A stretch of 60,949 nucleotides of DNA, the filler included. It is 8 parts of 8 records of this genome, joined end to end, with 100 filler letters (N's around TTAATTAATTAA, not from the genome) between each part and the next. Parts side by side here need not be neighbours in the genome. Positions count along the whole stretch, not along the records: positions 6,498 to 13,031 come from SRR31147125_35803; positions 13,132 to 21,046 come from SRR31147125_35822; 6 more parts are not named here. One strand, written 5' to 3'. This document shows, in pieces, positions 9,983 through 19,506 of this stretch; the stretch's first letter is position 1, and each line of letters begins with the position of its first letter. A model generated the notes under the pieces. It had not been told where the DNA came from. It saw only the letters and a program-made list of their open reading frames with translations, and did not search any database. The translations under genes were made by a program, and so were the position numbers.

Positions 9983-11189
9983 ATGGAAAAATATTATGAA
10001 TTAAATAATGATAGCGTAATTAAGTATATAAATAGTAAGCTTGACTTTTTTAGCGCTGATACTGAGTTGGTAAGTGAAGAAATTGGCGATGGTAATTTGA
10101 ATTTAGTTTTTAGAATTCGCGATATAAACAATAGTAAAAGCATTATTGTCAAACAAGCATTACCATATGTCAGAGCTTCTGGTGGTGATTGGCCACTAGA
10201 CATTGGGCGAGGTGAGATTGAGAAACGTGTACTTGATCTGGAATTCAAACTCACTGATGGAGCAGTACCAGAGGTCTACTTCTATGACGAATTAATGTGC
10301 TGTATGGCTATGGAAGACTTATCTGATTATATAATAATGCGTTACGGGCTGTTAAAATTTGAAAAATATCCTAACTTCCCTGAACAAATTTCTGACTTTC
10401 TTGTTAAATCATTGCTCCTTACTTCTGATGTAGTAATGGAGCATAAAGAAAAAAACAGTTCGTGAAAGAATTTATTAATCCAGAGCTTTGTGAGATTACA
10501 GAACAGTTAGTATACACTGAGCCTTTCTATGAAGGCGCAAGAAATAAAATTGAGGAATTCCTTGTTGAGTTTCATCGTGAGAATATAGTTGCTGATAAAG
10601 AACTTGTACTTGAGGTTGCAAAATTAAAATTTGATTTTATGAATAATGCTCAAGCATTAATCCACGGCGATCTTCATACTGGTAGCATTTTCGTTAATAA
10701 AGATAATACAAAGGTTATCGATCCTGAATTTGCGTTTTATGGTCAATTGCATATGATCTAGCATGTTTGTTTGCTAATCTTATAATGAATTATATTTCTG
10801 CATTTTATTCAATAGAAGATTGTGCAAAACGCGAAGATTATTGTGCTTACTTAAGAAGCACTCTAGTCGATACTGTTGAGCTTACCAGGGAAAAATTCTT
10901 GAACTCTTGGGATTCTGCTGTGACCGAACAGGTCGCAAAGGTTCCTGGATTTAAGGAATATTATATCAATGATATCTTTATAAATACTGCAGGTATTGTT
11001 GGCTGCGAAATGTCAAGACGTACAGTCGGGTTTGCACAAGTTGTAGATTTAAACGATATTAAAGATGAGCAGAAGCGCTTTGAGGCCAAGAGTAAAAATC
11101 TACTCCTCGCAAAAGTCTTTATAAAACAAAGAGCAAACATAATCACAGGGGCAGATTATATTAAACAATTAGATTTATTAATTAAATAA
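9983..11189 (+). CDS. mtnK: S-methyl-5-thioribose kinase (frameshifts at ~10455 and ~10745)
   Basis: [59 protein letters not shown] spread over three ORF pieces. Confidence 0.93.
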
Positions 11190-11203
11190 AGGAGCGTACC
11201 ATA

Positions 11204-12252
11204 ATGGAAAGAGTAATTCCAGCTTACTTGAATAAAAGTAAGGACAAATTAATACTTATAGATCAGACACTACTCCCTGCAGAAGAGGTTCTACTTGAAC
11301 TAGATGATAGTGAAGCGATTTGGGAAGCAATAAAAATGTTACGGGTAAGGGGGCACCAGCTATTGGAGTTGCAGCAGCGTATGGGTTATATGTTTGTTCG
11401 CGTTTAATTGAATCTGATAATATTCCAGAGTTTAAAGTTGAGTTTCTAAAACTTGCTGATTATTTTGCTACCAGTCGCCCAACAGCAGTAAATTTATTCT
11501 GGGCATTAGATAAGATGAAAGCAAGATTTGATGCTGAAGAAAGTGCTGGAGTTGATGTCGCATCAATGAAGACTGCTCTGCTTGATGAAAGTGAAAAAAT
11601 ATTCCTAGAAGATCAAGCTATGGGTAAGGCAATTGGAGAGCATGGTCTGACATTACTAAAACCGGGGATGGGACTTCTTACGCACTGTAATGCTGGTGCG
11701 CTTGCAGCGAGTGGCTATGGAACAGCACTTGCACCAATGTATGCAGGACACGAACAGGGGTATGATTTTAAAGTATTTACTGATGAAACAAGACCACTAC
11801 TTCAAGGCTCTCGCCTCAGTGCATATGAATTGAATAAGGCTGGCATTGACACAACTGTAATATGTGACAATATGGCTTCAATAGTAATGAAAGAAGGTAA
11901 GATCGATTCAATACTTGTTGGAGCTGATAGAATCGCTGCAAATGGTGACTCAGCAAATAAAATTGGAACTAGTGGAGTCGCTATCCTAGCTAAAGAGTAT
12001 GGTATCCCATTCTATATACTTGCTCCTACGTCAACAATTGATCTTGAGACAAAGACTGGTGATGATATCCCTATTGAATTACGTGACGGCGAAGAGATCG
12101 GTAATGGTTTTGGCAGGAGAACAGCACCTGAAGGAATTAAGACTTATAATCCTGCATTTGATGTTACTGATGCAAAGTACATCACAGCAATTATTACCGA
12201 AAAAGGTGTTCATAGAGCTCCATATACAGAGAGTCTTGCTGAGTTATTTTAA
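11204..12252 (+). CDS. mtnA: S-methyl-5-thioribose-1-phosphate isomerase (frameshift at ~11350)
   Basis: IDQTLLP, LRVRG joined to APAIG, SRPTAVNL, LTHCNAG, DETRPLLQGSRL, GADRIAANGD, NPAFDVT. Confidence 0.94.
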
Positions 12253-12287
12253 AATATAATATAATCAATCTTAAGTAGAGGATAGTA

Positions 12288-12940
12288 ATGAAACTAAAAT
12301 ATGAAAGAGAACAAGTGGTGCATTTCTGTAAAGAGTTAGTTAATAAAAATCTTACTACTGGCACTGGTGGTAATATTAGTATCTTTGACAGAGATTCAGG
12401 ACTATTTGCTCTTTCACCCAGTGGTATGGATTACTTTATCATGAATGATGAAGATGTTGTTGTTCTTGATTTAGAAGGTAATGTTGTAGATGGAAAATTA
12501 AAACCATCAGTTGAGCTTGATCTTCATAGAGTGCTTTATGCAAATCGAGATGACATTAATGCTGTTGTACATGCGCACTCTATCTACGCCACAACCCTTG
12601 CTACCATGCGCATGGGTGTACCACCTTGTCATTACTTAATTGGTTTTGCGGGCGCGATGTCAGGTGTACCGAGTATGTTGATTTTGGTACTGCGGAACTT
12701 GCGGATGTCGCACTTGAAGGAATTAAAGATAGGCTAGGAGTCTTACTTGGAAATCATGGTTTGCTGACAGGTGGTGGTGATATTAGTTATGCGTTTTCTG
12801 CTGCCGAAGAACTGGAGTTTGTTTGTCAAGTGTATTATAGAGCAAAGTGCATTGGAGAACCTGCAATTTTGTCGGAACAAGAGATGAATGCTGCTTTAGA
12901 TAAGTTCAAAACTTATGGGCAGAAAAAAATAATGAAATAA
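12288..12940 (+). CDS. Class II aldolase, FucA-like (probable DHAP-shunt aldolase; frameshift at ~12650)
   Basis: GTGGNIS, PSG, KPSVELDLH, VVHAHS, LLGNHG; directly after mtnA. Confidence 0.88.
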
Positions 12941-12960
12941 AAATAACCAACACAATCAAA

Positions 12961-12993
12961 AAACCGATATATCTATATAGGATATGTCGGTTT
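12961..12993 (+). terminator. Intrinsic terminator
   Basis: AAACCGATATATC-TATATAG-GATATGTCGGTTT followed by a T-rich tail. Confidence 0.65.
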
Positions 12994-13131
12994 GTTATTA
13001 ATCTTGGATTCAAATTCTAAGTGCAACACTTNNNNNNNNNNNNNNNNNNNNNNNNNNNNNNNNNNNNNNNNNNNNTTAATTAATTAANNNNNNNNNNNNN
13101 NNNNNNNNNNNNNNNNNNNNNNNNNNNNNNN

Positions 13132-13904
13132 ACTTCAAAATCATTTACATTAAACCTTTCTGCCATATCCTCAAAACCAATATGCTCTATTAATTTGAGA
13201 TCAGGTACTGCATAGAATTCATTTTCAGAAAATGTGGTGAGTCTGGGCGCAGGTAATCGGAGTTCTTGAATAAAGAATTTTTCTATCTTTCTCCATACCT
13301 CTGACTCAGAAAAGCCATCCAAAGCAACATGAACCAAAAACTTACTTCCCTTTACAGATGAAGCCACACATGAATTTACAAGCTCAAGCGCAATAGCTCT
13401 TTCAAGATAAGTCAGTATGCCTTCAAAGAGTACAAAAACCGGTTTTTTTAACTCTGCAATAATTTGAGAGACAGCGTTAACACCATTTTCTGAATTTAGA
13501 TCGATAGGTTTGTAAATAATTTCACGCCTCGGAAGAAGCCCCTCACTCACAAGGGCAGTTGCCTTTTCCTGATAGTGTTCTAATACGTACGGCTGATCGA
13601 TATTAATAATCTGAGTGGTTTCATCTAAGAGAAATGGATAGGATGTAACACCGGAGCCAACATTTACAATTGTGGCGCATGGATTCGCCTTTTCAAAGGC
13701 TTTAAGCTGATCTATTATATGACGGCTTCTCAAGGAAAAGAGCTGTGGTGTTGCAGGAGTCACATGTTTATGAAATTTCTCGGAAAACTCTTTTCCCTTA
13801 TCGGTAAGCCATAGATGAGCATACTTATCACGACTTAGATCAGGATATATGGACCGTGCCCAAGAAATCAAATATGCCGTTGCTGAAAGTTCTTTAGTTC
13901 CCAT
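13132..13904 (-). CDS. Class I SAM-dependent methyltransferase, LCM/TcmP family (3' truncated)
   Basis: LSATAYL...R, D.YA, LRSRHIID, IVNVGSGVTS, IDQP, FVLFEGILTYL. Confidence 0.8.
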
Positions 13905-13970
13905 AGATATGTCGACTATTAGATAAGATACAAAAAGACAAGAGATAAGTCTCACAAATCGTCGTCAGCA

Positions 13971-13994
13971 AATAAGTACGTGTCCCCCGACTTT
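13971..13994. repeat. GTGTCCCC half-site (right arm)
   Basis: AATAAGTACGTGTCCCCCGACTTT matches the right arm of the 16404-16461 palindrome. Confidence 0.7.
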
Positions 13995-14090
13995 GGCTTA
14001 GTTCGCAATTTTCCTGAATTGCGAGATAAAAACTTTGAAATTACGATGTTGGGGTGCTAGATTGCGAGGCTGGGATTTCAACTGTTGCCT

Positions 14091-15383
14091 ATGCGAAAAG
14101 TTTTAGATCATAATAAGTGTATTGCAATTATTGGAGCTGGAGCCTCGGGCTTGACAGCTGCATATCATCTTAAGAAGCTTGGTTATCAAAACGTTACGAT
14201 TTTCGAAAAAGAAAACCGTGTTGGCGGAAAGGTTCATTCTTATAACTACGATGGCTATAACCATGAGCTGGGTCAGCTTTGGGTTGGTGCGGATTATAAA
14301 ACTACTCTCGAAATGGCTAATGAACTCGGAATCAAATATCAACCGGAAGATCTCTCCTTCTATCTGTTAGGAGAAGGTGGTGAGCGCTCTGACTATGAAA
14401 AACATATATGGAAACATTATTCTAAAATAGATCTTTTTCGTTCACTTGTGAATTACTGGCGCATTGGCCACATCTTTAATTCTCTCAAATTAGGCGGCTA
14501 TCACAAAGCCCATCCAGATCTCTTTCTTACATTCGATCAATTTGCAAAGAAACATGGTATTGAACCTTTAGCCCATTCATTCCTCCCTTTTTGGGTGGGA
14601 TGTGGATATGGGCCTTTTGCGGAGGTCCCAACCCTCTACGTGGTTCATCTTTTTACATCGGCGGTCGAAGCTTGTTATAAAGGAATTTTTAAGAGGTCGG
14701 CCTTTCAAAACTTAATGGTTCATCCAAAAGGTCATCAGTATCTTTGGGAGAAAATGGCTGCGTCGCTTGATGTTCGACTAAAGACTCCGGTAGATAAAAT
14801 CGTACGCTCCAGTCGCGATGAGGTGATAATAGAATCTTGTGGTGAGATACATCGATATGACGCTGTAATCATATCAGCCATACCGTCAGCTCTTCTTGAT
14901 ATTATTGATACCACGGATGAAGAAAGAGATTTGTTCAGTCGCGTAGATTATTTCAACTATTGCGTTACTCTTTTTAAAGGGGAGGGCTGTCCCACCAGTA
15001 AGAATTGTCTCTTCTTTTATACTGACCATGATGAAGCGGGGACATGCGATTCGCCAGTGACTATCTTCAGCAGAAAAGAATTCTCAGGTATGTGGATTGC
15101 TTACCAGATGGCTAATGAAGGAAGCAGTCAATCGGATATGTTGGATGCTCTTAAAAGTAGTCTGCCTCGAACTGGTATCGATTTCAAAGAGCTGATCATT
15201 CATGAGAAATGGAAATATTTTCCACATGTTAAAACGGCAGATCTGCAAGATGGCTTCTATGAACGTCTTCACGCCCTTCAAGGTGAAAGAAATACATACT
15301 ACATTGGCGGTCTCATGAACTTTGAGACAGTAGAATGCACAGCAAGCTTTGCAAAGCAGCTAGTCGACAATCATTTCGGATAA
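14091..15383 (+). CDS. FAD-dependent oxidoreductase, polyunsaturated fatty-acid isomerase (PAI)-like
   Basis: IAIIGAGASG, E....VGGKVHS, ELG, HPDL...FDQF, GYGPFAEVP, WKYFPHV, LQGERNTYYIGG; motif order resembles Cutibacterium acnes PAI as I recall it. Confidence 0.75.
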   Translation: MRKVLDHNKCIAIIGAGASGLTAAYHLKKLGYQNVTIFEKENRVGGKVHSYNYDGYNHELGQLWVGADYKTTLEMANELGIKYQPEDLSFYLLGEGGERSDYEKHIWKHYSKIDLFRSLVNYWRIGHIFNSLKLGGYHKAHPDLFLTFDQFAKKHGIEPLAHSFLPFWVGCGYGPFAEVPTLYVVHLFTSAVEACYKGIFKRSAFQNLMVHPKGHQYLWEKMAASLDVRLKTPVDKIVRSSRDEVIIESCGEIHRYDAVIISAIPSALLDIIDTTDEERDLFSRVDYFNYCVTLFKGEGCPTSKNCLFFYTDHDEAGTCDSPVTIFSRKEFSGMWIAYQMANEGSSQSDMLDALKSSLPRTGIDFKELIIHEKWKYFPHVKTADLQDGFYERLHALQGERNTYYIGGLMNFETVECTASFAKQLVDNHFG

Positions 15384-15408
15384 AATTCTGGGGACACATT
15401 ACTCAATT
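15383..15408. repeat. GGGGACAC half-site (left arm)
   Basis: AAATTCTGGGGACACATTACTCAATT directly at the oxidoreductase stop codon. Confidence 0.65.
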
Positions 15409-15426
15409 GACCCCTTGACGGAGTTT

Positions 15427-16236
15427 CTAAAACGCTCTGGCTGCACGTACTCTGTAGGTGTTATCTTTCTCAACATCATTTGTTGCTCCACTACCAAAAA
15501 AAGCAGTATCTGCGAAGTCTTCAAGGGTCTCGCTTGAACTCCAGTAATAGGTGGCTGTGAAGTCGCCGACGCTTTGGGCAGCAAGATTTTTATACATATG
15601 GTAGAGTTCATCTACAGAAGGGAGAAACCAATCGTCGTAATCTCCAACTTCAAGGTCGTTACAAACCTGTGCGGCGTAGTCTCCATCGCCTTGTTCTGTG
15701 ACTATTGTCGTAGTGTTTGTTTGACCAGTACCGACAACTGTTCCATCGGCACCCGTCAATATAAAGGTTCCATTGTACCATTCAATTCCTGTGCTTTGAT
15801 CGCTAGGTGCTGCTTCTAGGTATCGCCAACCACTTGAAAAGAAGCCTTTGTCATAAAAGATCAATCCACCAGCGGGACCTGTGTCTCGTAGATCATAAAG
15901 AATGTCCCAATGTGCATAGAGTGTTACATCAGCTGAACCCATAGTGAATGTTTCGCCGGCCTCATAATTTGTTCCTGCTCCATCTGCTTGAGTATTCCAA
16001 CCCGCAAAATAGGAACCAGTCTTTTCGAGACTGCCTGAATTGCCTCTTACCGTAACGGTCTCTCCATTTTCGTATCCCAACGAATCTACAGGGACGCTCC
16101 CTCCTGTGCTTTCATTGTCGTCATACGTAACGGAATAGGTGACTGCGGTTGTCGAAGAACTGCCGCCACATCCAGATAAGAATAGCAAAGAAATTACAAA
16201 AAAGATCGATAGGATTTTAGAAATCTTAATTAACAT
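15427..16236 (-). CDS. Lipoprotein with an InlB B-repeat and a DUF1566/Lcl-like C-terminal domain
   Basis: Lipobox LSGC; YSVTYDDN...GSVP...FAGWNTQADG...VTLYAHW; GPAGGLIFY, YLEAAP, DWFLPSVDEL, YWSSSE, VRAARAF. Confidence 0.82.
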   Translation of the reverse strand: MLIKISKILSIFFVISLLFLSGCGGSSSTTAVTYSVTYDDNESTGGSVPVDSLGYENGETVTVRGNSGSLEKTGSYFAGWNTQADGAGTNYEAGETFTMGSADVTLYAHWDILYDLRDTGPAGGLIFYDKGFFSSGWRYLEAAPSDQSTGIEWYNGTFILTGADGTVVGTGQTNTTTIVTEQGDGDYAAQVCNDLEVGDYDDWFLPSVDELYHMYKNLAAQSVGDFTATYYWSSSETLEDFADTAFFGSGATNDVEKDNTYRVRAARAF

Positions 16237-16403
16237 TTTAGACTCCCTTTGTTTTGCCGATGAACACTGTTTAATAATGGCTTGCATAAACTTAGGTGAT
16301 GTATTGCCTTTACTATCTCTAATTTAAATTTATCGCAAGGTCATTTAGACCTTAGCGCAAAGCTTTGCTTTTTAATAGAAGAGAGGAGAGGTTGTAATAT
16401 TTG

Positions 16404-16461
16404 AAATCTGGAGACACACACTTAATTACTTAAAAAGTAATAAGTACGTATCCCCTGATTT
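16404..16461. repeat. Complete imperfect palindromic GGGGACAC...GTGTCCCC-family element
   Basis: AAATCTGGAGACACACACTTAATTAC-N7-GTAATAAGTACGTATCCCCTGATTT. Confidence 0.72.
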
Positions 16462-16646
16462 GTTTTTTTGCTTCATGACCGTAGATTCAATACTTGATCT
16501 ACTAGATTGTAATTATTGATAATATTTTAAATAGGGGTGTGGGTTTGATGAAGTTTAAAGGTATTGTTTTGCCTTTATGTGTATAATTTCCTTGAAAAAG
16601 AATGTTATGCGAACTATAGGTTGAGAAATTTTACAGGAGGTCTTTC

Positions 16647-17888
16647 ATGGCAGAACCCGTAGCTGCAACATCAGCAGGAACAAAACAAGTAACCACTTTA
16701 CCGACTGAACCTACGAAATCAGCTAAACCTGTTCGTAAGCCGATTACGTTTGAGTTTGGCAATGACGCATCTCTTACAGTTTATGGAAAAACCGAACTTG
16801 TTGCTTACTATGACACAGCAGGCGTTGCCGTAAGTGACTGGATGGCATGGACTCTTCCTGCCGGTACATATGATGGTGATGAAGATTCTTTTAGTATGTC
16901 AGTTCGCGCAAGCAAAATCGGTACGCGTTTTAATTGGGATGATGTCCTTGGTGGTGGAAATATTGAAGCAAAGATCGAAGCCGATTTTGTCGGCGGATTT
17001 TCCAAAGGTGGCAATTCTGTCTATTCACCACTCTTCAGACTTAAGCAGGCATATGTAGAGGGAAGCTGGGGAGATCCTAAAACAGGAAGAATCAAAGCAC
17101 TCTTCGGTCAGTCCTTTGGTGTTTTTGATCCAATGCTTTTTCCTAATATCGATAGCTGGATCGCGATGGCTGCTTCAGGAAATCCGTGGATTAGATTACC
17201 TCAAGTTCGTCTAACTGCTGACTATGCACCTGTTTCATTTCAGTTTAGTGTTAACCGCCCAATGGGTGCTGATGAAGTAGGCGGTGGTTCAGTTGATGAC
17301 CATATTAGCTGGGGTGAACAATCCAATATGCCACTCTTCATGGCACGTCTTGGAGTAAAACATATTTTTGGTAAGTTGTTAGTTCAGGCAGGTGTTGGTG
17401 GCGTCTTTGGACGAGAAAAGGTGCATATTGATAAAAGTGAAGAAGAACCCGAAATAAACAGTACTCATAATATGTGGATGGCGAGTGTTGATTTACTTAT
17501 TTCAGCTCGCTGGTTTGATATCAAGGGTGAATTTTTTATGGGCCAAGATTTAAATACGATGTTTGCTGGTGTTAATCAGGGTGTTAGTGTCGGCAATGGC
17601 AGTGTTACACCGATAAGAACAATGGGTGGTTGGGGGCAGTTAAGTATTAAGCCTATGCCTGAGGTACGTATTAATCTTGGTGCAGGAATCGATGACCCTT
17701 ATGATTCTGATTTAATTTCTGGGACTCAGAGATCGCAAAATATAACAGCCTTTTTAGGAGCTTCGTATACACATGCTTCAGGCTTTGGTGTCTCTGCTGA
17801 GACATCTTGGATGAAAACATCATATCTAGAGAATGTATTGACAAACGAAAACTGGAGATTTTCAACAAAAGTGTTCTTCTCTTTTTGA
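16647..17888 (+). CDS. Outer-membrane beta-barrel protein, DcaP-like porin
   Basis: LTVYG, RASKIG, KIEADF, FRLKQAYV, LFGQS, WIRLPQVR, GGWGQLS; alternating beta pattern and C-terminal FSF; AGGAGG RBS. Confidence 0.72.
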   Translation: MAEPVAATSAGTKQVTTLPTEPTKSAKPVRKPITFEFGNDASLTVYGKTELVAYYDTAGVAVSDWMAWTLPAGTYDGDEDSFSMSVRASKIGTRFNWDDVLGGGNIEAKIEADFVGGFSKGGNSVYSPLFRLKQAYVEGSWGDPKTGRIKALFGQSFGVFDPMLFPNIDSWIAMAASGNPWIRLPQVRLTADYAPVSFQFSVNRPMGADEVGGGSVDDHISWGEQSNMPLFMARLGVKHIFGKLLVQAGVGGVFGREKVHIDKSEEEPEINSTHNMWMASVDLLISARWFDIKGEFFMGQDLNTMFAGVNQGVSVGNGSVTPIRTMGGWGQLSIKPMPEVRINLGAGIDDPYDSDLISGTQRSQNITAFLGASYTHASGFGVSAETSWMKTSYLENVLTNENWRFSTKVFFSF

Positions 17889-17899
17889 TTGATGTTGGT

Positions 17900-18214
17900 T
17901 CACTTAAGCTTAATACACTTCACTTTTCCAGGATCTACGAAGAGGGTTGCTTTGCAGGTGTAGGTGTAACCTGGTTTGTGCTCTTTGCACTTCATCTTTG
18001 AATCAACCAATCCATCACCGTATTGAATATAGAAATCTGTGTCGTTTTCACAAAGACCTGCTATAGCTTTTGATCTTGCGTCTAGCTTTGCAGCCTCTTT
18101 TGCTCTACCTTTTGAAAACTTTTCTGTAGCCGTTCCCTCGTATCTTGCTATTCCTGATTTTTGTTCGGCTGAGATCCCCAGTAGCCCTTTTACTATTTTT
18201 AGTGTTCCGCTCAT
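17900..18214 (-). CDS. Small basic hypothetical protein with four Cys
   Basis: AGGAGG RBS then MSGTLK at 18214; 104-codon open frame. Confidence 0.6.
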   Translation of the reverse strand: MSGTLKIVKGLLGISAEQKSGIARYEGTATEKFSKGRAKEAAKLDARSKAIAGLCENDTDFYIQYGDGLVDSKMKCKEHKPGYTYTCKATLFVDPGKVKCIKLK

Positions 18215-18318
18215 ATGTGCCTCCTGTGTTATTTTTAGACTTATACGTCTTCTGCTCAGATGCAAGCTATTGTCGTGTCTGCGGCAAAGAAAGCGGTGTC
18301 GGATTGAACACGGGGGGG

Positions 18319-18383
18319 CTTCTCGATTTCGCTCGAAGACTATTGGTGGGGATGCTGGATCCCGGATCTGAGTCCGGGATGAC
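18319..18383. repeat. Composite REP-like element
   Basis: CTTCTCGATTTCGCTCGAAGACTATTGGTG plus CTGGATCCCGGATCTGAGTCCGGGATGAC; both parts recur at 20918-21046. Confidence 0.75.
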
Positions 18384-18443
18384 AAAAGAGGGTGGGGGAT
18401 GGAATGAGATTGGGATTGTTGATAATGTAATAGTATAGTGAAT

Positions 18444-18478
18444 AAAAAAAGGCGGCTTGAATTAATAAGCCGCCTTTT
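18444..18478 (-). terminator. Intrinsic terminator of the 2H phosphoesterase gene
   Basis: A7-GGCGGCTT-N8-AAGCCGCCTTTT. Confidence 0.8.
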
Positions 18479-18496
18479 GGGTTTAATGAGGATTGA

Positions 18497-19297
18497 CTAT
18501 TCAACTTCTAATGGAACTATGCAGGCGTTTCCTGATTTGAAGACGCCGTTACTTAGATGTAAGTCGCCTCCTGTAAATCCTAGTGTTACATGTGGATAGA
18601 ATGAGTCAGGATCAAAGCGGCTTGGGTGACCGCCGTTTTCAACGAACTTTTCAAGGATTGCTTGTCTGATTGCTTCGAGTTTTTCTGATTTGACTACCAT
18701 ATAATAGACATAGTTTCCTTTTCCGTCTGTGGCCTCCTCAACGCATAGCGGTTGAAAATCTGGATTTTGTATATCGTACTGGAGAGCAATTTTATCAATA
18801 TCATTTATTGTAATACATGGTTCATTCTTTTCATTTTTACAGGCGTGCATTCTGTCGAACTCAGGTGGTGTAACTACTGTGATATGTGCTTCTCCACGAT
18901 GTTTTAGCCCAGTACGTTCCATGCCTTTTGCCTTGAGTATTCCAGCAACTCTCTCTGTGTTTTCAGTTTTCTGTCTTACAAGTTGAGGAATTTCAAACTT
19001 CAAATTCATTGATAGATATGTTCCAAATGGTTTTTTGCTTCTATGACTTTTAAAATCAGCCCTTGCATATATTTCACGAGGTACTTTCAATTTACTAATC
19101 GGGTTATTTCTGAGAGACGACATGATTAAAGATACGTCCCGATGTGAACTTGGTATTTCTGTAACACCTCTGGCTGTCTCCATAAAAAAAGCATCATACT
19201 GATCAACACAATGGTCTGAACTAACTATTTTTACATTGCTTTGTAGCTCTTTTGCTCTTGCTCTGAAATCGTTTACAGTAAATCTACATTTGTGCAT
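18497..19297 (-). CDS. 2H phosphoesterase family protein
   Basis: Two HxT motifs: EAHITVVTPPEF and FYPHVTLGF; GGGAG RBS before MHKC. Confidence 0.8.
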   Translation of the reverse strand: MHKCRFTVNDFRARAKELQSNVKIVSSDHCVDQYDAFFMETARGVTEIPSSHRDVSLIMSSLRNNPISKLKVPREIYARADFKSHRSKKPFGTYLSMNLKFEIPQLVRQKTENTERVAGILKAKGMERTGLKHRGEAHITVVTPPEFDRMHACKNEKNEPCITINDIDKIALQYDIQNPDFQPLCVEEATDGKGNYVYYMVVKSEKLEAIRQAILEKFVENGGHPSRFDPDSFYPHVTLGFTGGDLHLSNGVFKSGNACIVPLEVE

Positions 19298-19444
19298 ATT
19301 GTTCTCCCTTTTTGTTGTGTTAACATTCAACCCTCTCATAAAAATTATCTGCAATTTGGCAAAAAAGTTTCGGATTTTCTAGTTTTTAGAATAAATAAGG
19401 GTGTTCATGGCTGGAACACATTTTTAGTGCCAATAATATATCTA

Positions 19445-19473
19445 TTGAAATTCTTATCTAATCACTCTAGATT
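19445..19473 (+). promoter_or_regulatory. Candidate sigma70 promoter for ahcY, inside an inverted repeat
   Basis: TTGAAA-N17-TAGATT; TTGAAATTC...GAATTTCAA spans 19445-19488. Confidence 0.45.
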
Positions 19474-19506
19474 AGCTGCGAATTTCAAAAGTTAGGAGAT
19501 AAGATT

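Noticed and set aside
13971..16461. Classical integron or CRISPR array
   Set aside because: No attC core motifs, no intI, no cas genes, and no regular repeat-spacer period. Kept only as a REP-like cassette hypothesis.
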